DNA of 63,283 nt, filler included, from Globobulimina sp. (GCA_003354225.1; 33 parts of 33 records of this genome joined end to end with filler, not necessarily neighbours in it), one strand, 5' to 3'; shown: positions 1-11,307, counted from the first letter of the whole stretch. Numbers and translations: made by a program. The notes: generated by a model not told the origin, from the sequence alone.

Positions 1-172
1 TTCATATGTTTCGGAGTCAACGACTGCAAAATCTTCCTATATTCATAACTCGTGTACTCAGAGCGCGGAAATGGCATAGTCACCACACACAAATCACTCC
101 CTCGCGACCTCTCAATCAATTCCCCCAATTTCTTATATTTCCGCAACTTTCCACTGGACAATACAAGATGCC

Positions 173-1033
173 TCACTGTAATTGAAATCTATATATTTGT
201 TTTATATTAACTGAATTAGGGAGGACAAAGCAGTGAAATATATACATACAATGTTTACAAACATCCATAAGACTGACTTTTGACGCAATTTTCTCCAACG
301 CAGTGGTAACAGAAAAATTATTTTCTAACACATTGACAATATCATCGACTGTGTTTTTATCAATTTGTTGTGCAAATTCATTGATAACCGATGACCAATC
401 ATTTTTTCGTGAACCTTTGACAAAGCCCGGTCTTTCTACAACTAATTCTTTTTTGCCATCATGACTTACATATTTTGCTCTCAATTTCTCTGCATTTACG
501 TCAATGTGAGCAGCCAATGCGTGCATTATTAACAACCAAATGTGAGATACTTTGATGCGTAATGGATAATGATCAAAATATGCAATCTCCATCGCCCGGG
601 TAAAGGCATGGAAGGAGTCGTCTTTTTTAATAATTTGAGCATGCCAATCATACACAGACTCGATGGAGGAACAACCCAATTTGGATAAGAAATGTTTTAA
701 TTGTGAGGACTGCATAAATGTTTCCGTTGGGAATACTTTTGTTCCGTATTCTTTTTGTTGGAGATGAGGCGATGGATAAAATGTGACAGATCCCGTTTTG
801 GGGTTTATTTTATATTTTGGTTTATAATCAAATAACTCGAGTACTAATTCCGGTAACTTCGATCGCATTTCATCAGTTAATACTTGTTTCGTGTTTTTCG
901 CTGTCGATTCTTTAAATTCTACCTTCAACTCCTCATCATCCATTTTAACATCATTCTGATTCTGCTTTGTTTCAAAGTCATTTTTAGCACTCTGTTGCGT
1001 GTTGATGGATGCAGCGGACATGTCTAATCCCAT
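173..1033 (-). CDS. DUF4419-family protein, 3' end incomplete
   Basis: Motifs AYFDHYPLRIKVSHIWLLI, HIDVNAEKLR..VSHDGKKELVV and FSVTT..EKIASKVSLMD. A GT-AG intron at 249-189 restores KHYFNY. Confidence 0.75.
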   Translation of the reverse strand: MGLDMSAASINTQQSAKNDFETKQNQNDVKMDDEELKVEFKESTAKNTKQVLTDEMRSKLPELVLELFDYKPKYKINPKTGSVTFYPSPHLQQKEYGTKVFPTETFMQSSQLKHFLSKLGCSSIESVYDWHAQIIKKDDSFHAFTRAMEIAYFDHYPLRIKVSHIWLLIMHALAAHIDVNAEKLRAKYVSHDGKKELVVERPGFVKGSRKNDWSSVINEFAQQIDKNTVDDIVNVLENNFSVTTALEKIASKVSLMDVCKHCMYIFHCFVLPNSVNIKQIYRFQLQ

Positions 1034-1289
1034 ACGTGTTGATGTTAATTGTTGGATGTGTGTTGATGTTGTGAACTAATCAACTTTTTTAAGAAAATGT
1101 TTGTGGAGTGGCATATTTTTTTTGTGGTTCTAATATTTTACCACTATCAAGATCTGAATGATAATAATACTTTCTGTATATAGCTATTCATATTAACTTC
1201 TGTATAATGAGGTTTTAATTTTAGTTTTATCGCTCTTGAAAAAACATTCACATCGTCAACACGAACAGCACGAACAAAATCTGTGAACC

Positions 1290-1822
1290 ATGACAACGCA
1301 ACGTGTTTGGAAAAGAAAACCAACATCATCTGCAAATGACAACGACAACGATTACATTCCTGCAACTCGACAACGACAACGACCACGTTACATACTGGAA
1401 GAGAAACCTGCACCTTATTGTCATATGAGTATATGTGAAGCAATACAATTAAAGGAAGGTGATGTCATTGATCATCGCGGACATGATTTTAAATTTAAAG
1501 AGGCTATCATTAAAGCAAAAAGGCACAGTTCTTTGAGAATTCATTATTATGGCTCGACATCAAAGAAATGTGACTTTTGGAGTGATTATCTACAAGAATT
1601 AGATCGTTTTGCTTTTCCACGATCTATTTCTCGGCGAAAAGCGCATAGATTGCAATATTTGAAAGCGGGAGATTTTGTTGATATTAATCCATTGAAAGTT
1701 GACCCCGGATGGAAATGTGGCAAAATCACAAAAATGGACTGTAAATCAGGTCAAGTCTGTGTTGAATATATGCATGGAAAGAAAGAATTGCTCTGTTTAT
1801 ATTGGACCCATTTAGATAATTT
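1290..1822 (+). CDS. Tandem Tudor/Agenet/MBT-like repeat protein, truncated by contig end
   Basis: Two units: LKEGDVIDHR..EAII..LRIHYYG...DFW and LKAGDFVDI..GWKCGKI..QVCVEY. Confidence 0.5.
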
Positions 1823-1922
1823 NNNNNNNNNNNNNNNNNNNNNNNNNNNNNNNNNNNNNNNNNNNNTTAATTAATTAANNNNNNNNNNNNNNNNNNNNNN
1901 NNNNNNNNNNNNNNNNNNNNNN
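1823..1922. other. Artificial contig linker N44-TTAATTAATTAA-N44 (first of 32; last at 61365-61464)
   Basis: Identical 100-bp spacer recurs about every 1.92 kb. The core gives stops in all six frames and the contigs are length-sorted. Confidence 0.99.
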
Positions 1923-2365
1923 CTTGAACACTCGACCAATCGATTAGGCGAAATTTCCCAGATAACCTCCAAGTTTGTGAGAATCATACCTGTCCATAGC
2001 AAAAAGCCTATCCGCGCCTATTCTGCAATCTCCGGCGTCTTGCCCCCGACAGGCCCTCCGAGATCTCGCCTCACATCTTATGCAAGGTAGGCCCCTGCGA
2101 AATAATGTGATAACGATCCCATAGTATTGGTTTCCGTTTTCTTAACAGCGTCACCATCTGCTTATGCGGTAACGAGGCTGAAATAATTTTAGGAAGACGC
2201 GATCTTCCTTCCGGCCCATAGAATTCCCTGTGTACGCTTCGTGTGGGGCGTTCGACGGTATGTCTATCCTTCCCAATCACGCAACACTCGGTACGAGTGG
2301 CCGGCTACGCCTTACCCGATGAGGTCTTTCACCCCATAAGAAATGCCAAGCTTTGCTTGGCGCGC
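1923..2365 (-). mobile_element. 5' portion (domain I) of a bacterial group II intron
   Basis: Minus strand starts GCGCGCCAAGCA and continues GGGGTGAAAGACCTC..GGCGTAGCCGGCCAC..CCGAGTGTTGCGTG..GAAGCGTACACAGGG..CAGCCTCG..GACGCTGTTAAGAAAACGGAAACCAATAC, the ordered conserved blocks of domain I. No RT ORF or domain V is within the contig. Confidence 0.75.
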
Positions 2366-2661
2366 TGAGAATTCGCTTTTTGGTTAGTGATGTATATTGA
2401 AAACGGAGTTGTATGTCAATATAACTTTTGCACATGATGTTGTGGTAGAGCTAAAAGCAGGAAAAGGGTTAACTTGTACAAGAGAAATAATGTGGAGGTG
2501 TATGTGGAAAAAAGTGATAAAAAGGGAAAAAACATGTAAAACTTGTAGAATTAAGGCGCACCTGTCCTGTTGACTCTCAAATCGGCAAATTGATGGGGAA
2601 GGAATTATTGAGTCCAGTAATCAGAATCAGGAATTCGGAATGATGAGTTTATGTGTTATAG

Positions 2662-2838
2662 GGCGTTAATAGCGTATACCATATAAACGATTCCGATTAC
2701 AAAACAAATGAGAGCTTAACGACGACCGACTTTATTGTTCGACCAAATAGTATTGTAATAATTCCTGTTCCTACGGCTTTCTGTCTTTTATCAACCGGAT
2801 TAATGGGACTCATTGCCATAAGAAAGATTTTCTGTTAA
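2662..2838 (+). pseudogene. Remnant ending in a VPLPA-CTERM/PEP-CTERM-type exosortase sorting signal
   Basis: Frame reads ...IPVPTAFCLLSTGLMGLIAIRKIFC* (Pro motif, TM helix, basic tail). An upstream TAG at 2659 leaves no start codon. Confidence 0.65.
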
Positions 2839-2883
2839 AGCCAGGCAATATTTTCACGTAACGTAATTTCAGCAGTAGATCAA

Positions 2884-2918
2884 GACAGAATGTCTGAAAT
2901 GGATATTCTGCCTTTTTT
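2884..2918 (+). terminator. Probable rho-independent terminator
   Basis: Stem GACAGAATGTC/GATATTCTGCC followed by T6, 45 nt after the CTERM stop. Confidence 0.5.
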
Positions 2919-3329
2919 CATTTATAAGTTGTGATCAGATGACTTATCTAAGTAGTCGCTGTCTGGTGATCATATGTTACTATTTACGGATTTTAAATCC
3001 TCAGATAAGTTGATTTTTCATTTCTAATCTGCAATCGGATTGATTTTTTCATGATGATGTCAAGCAAATCCTTATGGACCTGAGATAAACAAACCATATA
3101 TGGCATGGAGCCCTGAGTATCAAGGGCGGAGATTAATTAAAGGTATATGCAGTTTGATGAAGACTTGATTATTGCAGTTTTGGTAAATAATCTGAAACGG
3201 GGATGGATGAAGGCAGGAGCGCTTACGCGGTCGGCGATCTTCATTATTCCAGATAATCTATGAGATACTTAAAATATCCACCTTCCACATTTTAAGCCTA
3301 TGGCAAGGAACCTTCAATTTTGGAATTGC

Positions 3330-3542
3330 TTAAAAATTTCCATTTTCATCGACTAAATCAGGGTAAAGCTTTTTTGCACACTCTTGGCAAATGCCATGGC
3401 TAAATGTTGCTTCAGAATGTTCATGAATATATACTTCTAAATGATTCCAGGAACCTTTATCGTCCCGTATTTTCTTGCAAGATGAACAGATAGGGATAAT
3501 TCCTCTCAAAGTTTTGACTTCATCAAGCGCCTGCTGGAGATC
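3330..3542 (-). CDS. C-terminal Cys-rich tail of a bacterial response regulator/PAS signalling protein (fragment)
   Basis: LQQALDEVKTLRGIIPICSSCKKIRDDKGSW...FSHGICQECAKKLYP, a motif common in Desulfobacterota signalling proteins. Confidence 0.85.
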   Translation of the reverse strand, partial: DLQQALDEVKTLRGIIPICSSCKKIRDDKGSWNHLEVYIHEHSEATFSHGICQECAKKLYPDLVDENGNF

Positions 3543-3743
3543 CGCATTCGTCGAATCTCGGCCTACGATATCGAGAAGAATCGCAAGGAGGTCGACGATA
3601 TCGTTCGCATCATCAAGGAGCTGAATCGCAAGCTGAAGCATCTGCGCAAGACCACGATCGAGTACGTCGAGGGGTTGATCGAGAAGTACGCCGGAGATTT
3701 TCCGCGCCGGACGCACATCACGCGCATCGAGGTGGTGGACAAG
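3522..3743 (+). CDS. parC: DNA topoisomerase IV subunit A internal fragment (GC-rich bacterium)
   Basis: Own translation, not in the ORF track: IKRLLEIRIRRISAYDIEKNRKEVDDIVRIIKELNRKLKHLRKTTIEYVEGLIEKYAGDFPRRTHIT. Confidence 0.75.
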
Positions 3744-4278
3744 ANNNNNNNNNNNNNNNNNNNNNNNNNNNNNNNNNNNNNNNNNNNNTTAATTAATTAA
3801 NNNNNNNNNNNNNNNNNNNNNNNNNNNNNNNNNNNNNNNNNNNNGACACCATTTTGTTGAGCGACTGTCTGTTACTTGAGATACTTTTCAATCTCAAGGG
3901 GGAATCGGGGGAATCCGGCAGCGAGTCACTGACATATTTGTCCAATGCCGGGATCCTCAAATTCATGGTCGTTGGCCTCTCTGCGTTGGCCGAAAGCCTT
4001 TGATTTTGCTCGCATCCGCCACTCCCAATATCTCTAAGAAATTATTTTATATTAATTTGGATGTACAACAACGACGTAACGTAACTCCATAATTTGGCAG
4101 ATTTTTGAGGCTTTATGGTCGCCGCGGGATTTATATATAAATTTGTCGGATATTCGTCATCGTCGTGGTCGCTTTTTGTTTCTTCGCTTTGTTTCGTTTC
4201 ATCGATCAATGTCAAATGATTTTGTCTGAGAATGCATTTTGAAGAGTTCTAAGTTGCTCAGTTTTGTATAGTATGTAC

Positions 4279-5170
4279 CTGCAATGCAGTCCATATTGAG
4301 GGGGGCATTCAAAATATTTGACGCCATTCACAGTGCCATCGTGTCGGCCTCGTCTCTCTGTCAAATGTATTCCATACCACACGCTCCTCTCTGTGTGTTC
4401 TAAATTGCCGATGAATTTAATTTTGCCCTCGCCACGAAATCGAACCTTTTTTGTTACGGCGCATTTCCAGAAACGTACAACAATCGAATTTGTTTGTTGT
4501 TCAGTTTCAAATCAGTGAAACCACACAAAATCAAACTTTTTTGATTTAGTTTCTGAAAAAAGTGTACCTGGACATCATCATTGAGCGTAATCCGTGTGTT
4601 TAACGTCGAAAACCTGTCAATATGAATAATTTCATCTTTTTTCACAAATATCCCATGATTTGTTTTGGCCTTAAAAAATTTCCTTTTTTTAATGCGGTTT
4701 TTATATTTTTGAATATGCGATTCTTTCGCTAATTTGCCAGTTTTGATATCAATCATCAATGAACCATCATTTTCACCGACTGCCTTTTCTAAATTTATGC
4801 CATATCGCACACCCCGACCAACGTAGGGATAGCCTATGTACATTACGACGCCTTTGACGAGTTTTAACTGCGTTTTTGTTTTGTTGTTGATGGTGGTTAG
4901 CTTTATTTTATCCGCTATACAGATTTTGTTTGTGGCTGCATCGCCGCCGGATATTCTTGAAAAACTGCTGGACGACCCACTGTTGTGTCGGCGACTGGAT
5001 TTAGTCGATTTGTTGGATTTGTTTGATTTGTTTGATGATATACTATATTTACGAGACATGTCATTACTTTGTTTGTATAAATCTGGCGTTGATCGTGCAA
5101 TCCGTACATCTTCATCTTCTTCATGTTCATGCACAGTGCCTACATTCATCAATGAACTTATAAATTTCAT
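4279..5170 (-). CDS. Tandem CAP-Gly domain protein (multi-exon, partial)
   Basis: Domain 1: YGINLEKAVGENDGSL..FFKAKTNHGIFV. After an intron at 4567-4446, domain 2: GKIKFIG..WYGIHLTERRGRHDGTVNGVKYFECPPQYG. Confidence 0.85.
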
Positions 5171-5254
5171 GGCGAACAACAGGATGATTATCGCATTAAA
5201 TTCCGATTGCAACAAAAAAAACTTCAGACTGTTTCGTTTTTGGATTTGGATTTC

Positions 5255-5666
5255 ATGGCTAGTTTAACATGGAACAGTAACGTGCAACAAATTTTGGATG
5301 ATGATGAAAAGATATTTTTCGAAAAGGTAAAAAGGAAATCTTTAGTGCCTGTACAACATATTGATGATAAAGACAATTTATTAAATATATCAACAGCTTC
5401 ATGGGGGCAATATTTTGCGCGCAGATCGCCTGCAGTTAGCGAAATATTTACAATTGAGTCTGATGATGAACATAAACAACCAAATATAACATCAAATGTT
5501 GAGATCGAAGATGACTCATTTTTATCATTTCCGAGTAGAAACTCAAATGATTCAACTTATTCCGATCGACATAGCTTAACAAATATTCACATTTCATCAT
5601 TAAAACATATTCAACGGTTTTATCAATTTACAGTAAAAGAATTATATGCAAACAAAATGGAATCAA
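5255..5666 (+). CDS. Hypothetical protein N-terminus
   Basis: ORF open to the contig end, no recognised motif. Confidence 0.35.
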
Positions 5667-6161
5667 NNNNNNNNNNNNNNNNNNNNNNNNNNNNNNNNNN
5701 NNNNNNNNNNTTAATTAATTAANNNNNNNNNNNNNNNNNNNNNNNNNNNNNNNNNNNNNNNNNNNNTGCTTATTTTTTGGCAAAGATAACAGCCATTCAA
5801 TTTTGAAGTTTTTGAGTTAGTACTTACTCTCAGTTTTTTATTTTTATCTTTGCACTCGCATTTGCAGAACGTTTTTCCCAAGGGTTACAGGGTCTTGACC
5901 CCACTAGGTTTAATCAGTTTTATGGTGATAGAAATAGCAATGTTCATGTCTTGATTCATACTGATTGGAAAAAGAAAGGAATGATGAAACATTTAAGAGA
6001 TGAAAACGATTTACAAAAAATAATTGTAATGCATTTATCTGCACTTTCACAGTTAGAGCCAATTTAAGATATTGTAAATTATAATTATGAATTAATATCA
6101 GTGCGCGCGCTGAAGATTGTAAACTGTTTTCATCCTTGCACAAGCAACTATTATTATAAGA

Positions 6162-7460
6162 ATGGGTGCCGACAATTCATATTATCCAAACCTGGATTAT
6201 CGAGTAATATTTGTTTCTGCGTGCTCTTCATTTATAACACTATTCATAGTGAATATTTTGAATAAATGGAATTCTACCAAACTAAAAAAAGAACCACCCA
6301 AAAAAGTAAAAAAAAGTAAGCGTATAAATCAAATAACACCAACTATACAACGTTCGTCATCCACTGTATCCTCAATATGCGACAATATGATAGTACCTGA
6401 ATTTTACCAGCACACCAAAATTGAAAATTTCTTCAAAACCAATCATTATTTAAAACTCCTCCCAAAAGATAAAAATTGGATTAACGGTAAAATAAAATTA
6501 TTGATCAATAATGATTCAAAATATAACGATTCATTGCATCAAGAAATGTTGGATCATTTTAATCCATCTTTTATTGAACCAAAATCAAATGAATATATCA
6601 ACCAAATTACGAACGCAATAAAATTATTCAATCAATGGAGAAAGTGGCCAGTTACAAAAAATAGTAATAACGGATGGAAACATAGAGCAACAACAACAGA
6701 CAGCATTAACATATACACACATTCATCTCCAAATAGCGACTTAGGTGAGATCCAAATAGTTTGTACATTACCCCTTTTGCAAAAACGCTTAACAGTTTTC
6801 CTTTAATTTGCGTTGTTTTATAGCATTAATAAATAACGTACAGATTTAAAAATAACTGTAATGTACAAATTATTTGTATGTTGTCTTAGATATTGTTAAA
6901 GCAGAAAAAATATCTCCATATCCAATACCAATTATAGTTGGAACATTATTAAACGCACAGCATGTCCACAAAATGAATCCACACTTAAAAAAAACAAATG
7001 AAGTCAAACATTTATCGTTGACCAGTTATATCGAATATATGTGTATTAAATGTCCGAATTTCATAACTGACCGAGATTTTGTAAATATAAAAATGATCTA
7101 CATTTTTAAAGATGGATCCATATTAATTGGAACAACAAAATGCAATGATAATTTAATAAAAACACAAAGAAAGTATATAAGAGCTGCTATGACTTTATCG
7201 ATGTTTCATATTCGACCACATTATGATAATAATATACAAAATACAAAGATTACATTTTATTCGCATGTTTTAATGAATGGATACTAAATACTGCATATGT
7301 TGAAATTGCAAAAACTATTACAAATTTGGAACAATATATTACATCAAATATAAAAATTATGCATATTCCCGGAAAATTGCACATTCCATACGATCCATTT
7401 TTAAAAATGATGAATATTGGACATCGCGATCGGAATTTTACTCACACAAAACGATACTAG
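6162..7460 (+). CDS. Membrane-anchored START (lipid-binding) domain protein, frameshift near 7280
   Basis: N-terminal TM. Intron 6745-6889 gives SDLDIVKAE. START motifs ITDRDFV, YIRA and TKITFYSHV. The C-terminal helix WILNTAYVEIAKTITNLEQY lies in a shifted frame. Confidence 0.75.
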
Positions 7461-7688
7461 TTTTTTTTTAGAGTTCATTGCATGGCCCCGATGCTCTACG
7501 TTCTGAACGATTCATTTATACATATTTTAATAATCATTGTCGTTCATGTTTTAGGATCCATAGACTTTTGGGATTTTGGAACTTTGCGNNNNNNNNNNNN
7601 NNNNNNNNNNNNNNNNNNNNNNNNNNNNNNNNTTAATTAATTAANNNNNNNNNNNNNNNNNNNNNNNNNNNNNNNNNNNNNNNNNNNN

Positions 7689-8519
7689 ATTGTATCATTA
7701 ATATCAGACGCTGCCTTCTTGGGCATTTGCGAGAAATTGATACTAATCTTAGTCTGTGAGCCATCGCATAACAATTCAAATTCTTTTTTATTGTTAGATG
7801 GGCAATCCACTGTTTGCTGGGAAGGGAAACACAAACATTATGCTGCGATGTGTTTAATATTGATTGGATATTACATACCGTTATCAACGATGGTCTCCCC
7901 AATGTTCGACGAAGTGCCTGGCCAAGACATTGCAAGCGATGATGATGGAGCAGCACAGCAAAAAGAAGAGGAAGTGGATCCGAATAGCACCAAAGCAAAG
8001 ATTAAGAAATTGTTATCCATGGATAATTGCGTAGATTTTGTGAGACCGTTTGTTTCCGCAGTCACTGTAACAAAATGTTTTATGTTGATATCGGCCACAT
8101 TTCTATTTAAAGGCAGCTTGTTTGGTGTGATTATATCCGATTCGATTGCTTGTTTGGTGTTGTTTATATTTACACTAAAATGGACATTTACCAATTTAAA
8201 TAAATATGGATTAACCCAAAATGAGCCGGGATTTCCATTCACTGTGTCATTAATACGGGCACTGGGATTTATGAGCGCGATCATTGGCTGTTTTATTGAA
8301 ATATTGAAAATAACAAATATAATCGATACTACATTGGATTTCATACTGTTGTTTGGTGTGTTACTCATTGCTTCGATCGGTTTGTTGTGTTTATTGTGGA
8401 AATATCATAAAAAATTCAACAGGTTTGATGATGATGTTGATGTAAATTTATTGTTGAAATATAATTATGACAAGAAAATAATTGAGCTGACACAAAATAA
8501 ACACATATTCGTTGACTAA
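7689..8519 (+). CDS. C-terminal multi-pass membrane region of a larger protein
   Basis: About 5-6 hydrophobic helices after a LVC...CW..H motif; 5' truncated. Confidence 0.6.
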   Translation: MVSLISDAAFLGICEKLILILVCEPSHNNSNSFLLLDGQSTVCWEGKHKHYAAMCLILIGYYIPLSTMVSPMFDEVPGQDIASDDDGAAQQKEEEVDPNSTKAKIKKLLSMDNCVDFVRPFVSAVTVTKCFMLISATFLFKGSLFGVIISDSIACLVLFIFTLKWTFTNLNKYGLTQNEPGFPFTVSLIRALGFMSAIIGCFIEILKITNIIDTTLDFILLFGVLLIASIGLLCLLWKYHKKFNRFDDDVDVNLLLKYNYDKKIIELTQNKHIFVD

Positions 8520-8603
8520 TTAATAATGTTTCTGTTGCTTTGTGAGTTTGTGTAAATAATGTTTTTGATTTCTTAGTGTGTTTAAGATATAGTTCTATAA
8601 ATA

Positions 8604-9419
8604 ATGGCACCTCGAAAGCAAGTGTATTATGAATGGGTGTCACGTCCAAATGGTACAAAAACAAATATTTGTAAAATTGTATTAAATTCAACAAGCGGCG
8701 TTCATTCATTATCACCTGCCATTGTATCCGGATTACAATCCATATTCGATGAGTTAGAAAACAATGAGGAATGTAAAGGATATATATTAACTGCAAATTC
8801 CTCCAAAAGAAGAGCCAAAAAGAAGAAAATAATATTTTCAGCTGGCTTAGATTTAAAAATAATGAATGACAAAAGAAAAGGAGTTGTAGTCAATTATTTG
8901 TTGTCAATCAATAAATTATGGATTCGAACGCACGAATTACGCAAACCTATGATGGCGATGGTTAATGGCGACGCCATAGCTGGCGGCTGTATGCTTGCTT
9001 GCAACTGCGACTATAGAGTGGCTTTTAAGTCTGCTAAATTCCATATGGTTGAGACTAAGATTGGTTTAACTATTCAGCCATCGACGTATGAATGCATTCA
9101 AAGAGTCATCGGAAATCATCATAAAACTTCGTGGTTTTTGCAGACTGCATTGCCTGTAAATGGTGCTCAAGCAATGCACATTGGCATTGTTGATAAATTT
9201 GTGGAGCCGCATGGCGATGAAAATGAATTACTTAAAACCTGCGTCGATATAATGGAGAAAGAATATTTTAATGCAGACATAAATTGTGCGACATCACCGC
9301 GACGTTTAGGAAGGTTAAAAGTTTTGCAATTATTGAAAGAAGAACAAGATCCCAGATTTGGTGAAAGTGATTCGATGCAATATGTTGGATTAAAGGGAAT
9401 GAAACAATCCAAATTATAA
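8604..9419 (+). CDS. Enoyl-CoA hydratase/isomerase (crotonase; delta3,delta2-enoyl-CoA isomerase-like) with PTS1
   Basis: FSAGLDL, VNGDAIAGGCMLACNCDYRV, ETKIGL, GIVD; C-terminal SKL. Confidence 0.9.
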   Translation: MAPRKQVYYEWVSRPNGTKTNICKIVLNSTSGVHSLSPAIVSGLQSIFDELENNEECKGYILTANSSKRRAKKKKIIFSAGLDLKIMNDKRKGVVVNYLLSINKLWIRTHELRKPMMAMVNGDAIAGGCMLACNCDYRVAFKSAKFHMVETKIGLTIQPSTYECIQRVIGNHHKTSWFLQTALPVNGAQAMHIGIVDKFVEPHGDENELLKTCVDIMEKEYFNADINCATSPRRLGRLKVLQLLKEEQDPRFGESDSMQYVGLKGMKQSKL

Positions 9420-9741
9420 CCAATCACCAATGCCACCAAAACTTGTCATATCAAAACAATATTGGGTATAGTGTGTTTTGTTGAACAATGTCTTATATAT
9501 TGTTTTGTAANNNNNNNNNNNNNNNNNNNNNNNNNNNNNNNNNNNNNNNNNNNNTTAATTAATTAANNNNNNNNNNNNNNNNNNNNNNNNNNNNNNNNNN
9601 NNNNNNNNNNTTAGGTATAGATATGCATAAGCAACAATACCTGAGCTCGGTAGGTGCTGTACTCATACCATACTCAAAGCGAACCAGGTTTTCAGCTTGG
9701 TTACATATTCTTCTATTTTAGTATTCTTGCAACATTAAGTC

Positions 9742-11307
9742 ATGAGTGAGGCAAAGCAACACGTCGAACTTGTTGCTGATGATTCAAATGATTCCAACGA
9801 TGATCTCGAAGATGAAAATAAAGAACTAATGATGGCAGAAAATAAAAGTGTAGAACACTTAGATGGATTAGTCGGAGGTAACGGTGCGACAGACCCGTCA
9901 AATGCAAACAAATTATCAGAATACACCGTGGATGAAGCAATCTCATGGATTGGTACAGGTTGTTTTCAATTCAAATTAATATTAATCACAGGTTTATTGT
10001 GGAGTACAGATGCCATTGAAATGATGATCGTCACCATATTGCAACCTGTAATCATTGAAGTATGGCATTTAAAAGAAAATCTATCGCGCGGAAGTTTAGC
10101 AATGTGTGTTTATGGCGGAATGCTGGTCGGCACATATATTTTAGGCACAATATCTGATCGAATCGGTCGTCGCTTAATTATCCAAATATCAATCATTGGC
10201 TATGCAGTATTTAGTTTATTATGTGCTTTTTCTATCAATTACACAATGTTTTTAATCATGCGATTCTTTGTTGGAATATGTATTGGCGGCGGTGCTGTTG
10301 GTTACACTTTATTTGCTGAGTTCAGTCCCACTGAGAAAAGAGGCCGAATGTTGGTGATCCAACAGGCATTTTGGTGCTTTGGTGCAATCTACGCCTCTGT
10401 AATCGGTTGGGTCTCCATGGAATATTTAAATTTCCGGTATTTTTTAATGTTTACATCCATACCGTTATGGATAGTGTCGTTATTTGCTGCGTGGATCCCA
10501 GAATCGCCACATTACTTAATGACCGTTCATAAATATGAAGAAACAAAAGCTATTTTCAAACGCATGGCAGAGGCAAATAATTCATTTATGCCCAATGGAT
10601 ATCTGTGTACAAACATGGAGGTGGATACACATAAAAGAGGGCGTATCTCGGATGTATTTCTAAATAAACAATATCGGCTTACTTCGATTTTATTGTATTT
10701 GATGTTAGTAACGTCTGTTTTTAGTTATTTTGGTTTGTCATTCATTGGAGAACGAATATTTATCGATGATTCTGGTGATCAGTATAAAGAGAATCTGTTT
10801 GCAACATTTGGTGAAATCTTATCATTGCTAATTGGTATAATTGTCATTGATCGAATTGGTAGGAAAACTACCTTGAAAATATCATTTATAATATATTCAA
10901 GCATTTGTTTGTTATTATGTTTTGCAGCAATACGTGATATCTCGACGTTTGGTGTAATATTAATATTCATCGGTAGGATATTCTCATCGTTAGCATTTAT
11001 GACACAATTTATATATTTTAGTGAATATTATCCCACTGTTATTCGTGCGACTGCTATTGGCGGTGCTTCATCATTGGATGAAATAAGTAAGATTCTTTCT
11101 GATTATTTAGCTCAAGATATAGAAAACATAACGCATGCGATGGTTGTATTTGCTTGCGTTGGTATTATATCATTGATTTGCTCGTTTTTATTACCCATTG
11201 AAACGTTAGGCAGACAATTAAATGATCAAATTGATTATGGATCGTCTGCATCTTCATCACCTGCAAAAAAAGGAACAATGAGGATTAAACTCAACGAATA
11301 TGAATAA
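9742..11307 (+). CDS. MFS transporter, SV2/SVOP-like
   Basis: YTVDEAISWIGTGCFQ, motif A GTISDRIGRR and DRIGRK, EFSPTEKRG, PESP, EYYPTVIRA, LPIETLG; about 12 TM. Confidence 0.92.
   Translation: MSEAKQHVELVADDSNDSNDDLEDENKELMMAENKSVEHLDGLVGGNGATDPSNANKLSEYTVDEAISWIGTGCFQFKLILITGLLWSTDAIEMMIVTILQPVIIEVWHLKENLSRGSLAMCVYGGMLVGTYILGTISDRIGRRLIIQISIIGYAVFSLLCAFSINYTMFLIMRFFVGICIGGGAVGYTLFAEFSPTEKRGRMLVIQQAFWCFGAIYASVIGWVSMEYLNFRYFLMFTSIPLWIVSLFAAWIPESPHYLMTVHKYEETKAIFKRMAEANNSFMPNGYLCTNMEVDTHKRGRISDVFLNKQYRLTSILLYLMLVTSVFSYFGLSFIGERIFIDDSGDQYKENLFATFGEILSLLIGIIVIDRIGRKTTLKISFIIYSSICLLLCFAAIRDISTFGVILIFIGRIFSSLAFMTQFIYFSEYYPTVIRATAIGGASSLDEISKILSDYLAQDIENITHAMVVFACVGIISLICSFLLPIETLGRQLNDQIDYGSSASSSPAKKGTMRIKLNEYE

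Noticed and set aside
2071-2280. 69-aa ORF
   Set aside because: It lies within group II intron RNA structure and has no protein motif.
3101-3316. Sigma-54 promoter-like TGGCA boxes
   Set aside because: Neither copy has the required -12 TTGC at the right spacing.
3330-3716. 128-aa minus-strand ORF as one protein
   Set aside because: Its N-terminal part is the antisense of the parC fragment; only the C-terminal 70 aa or so is real.
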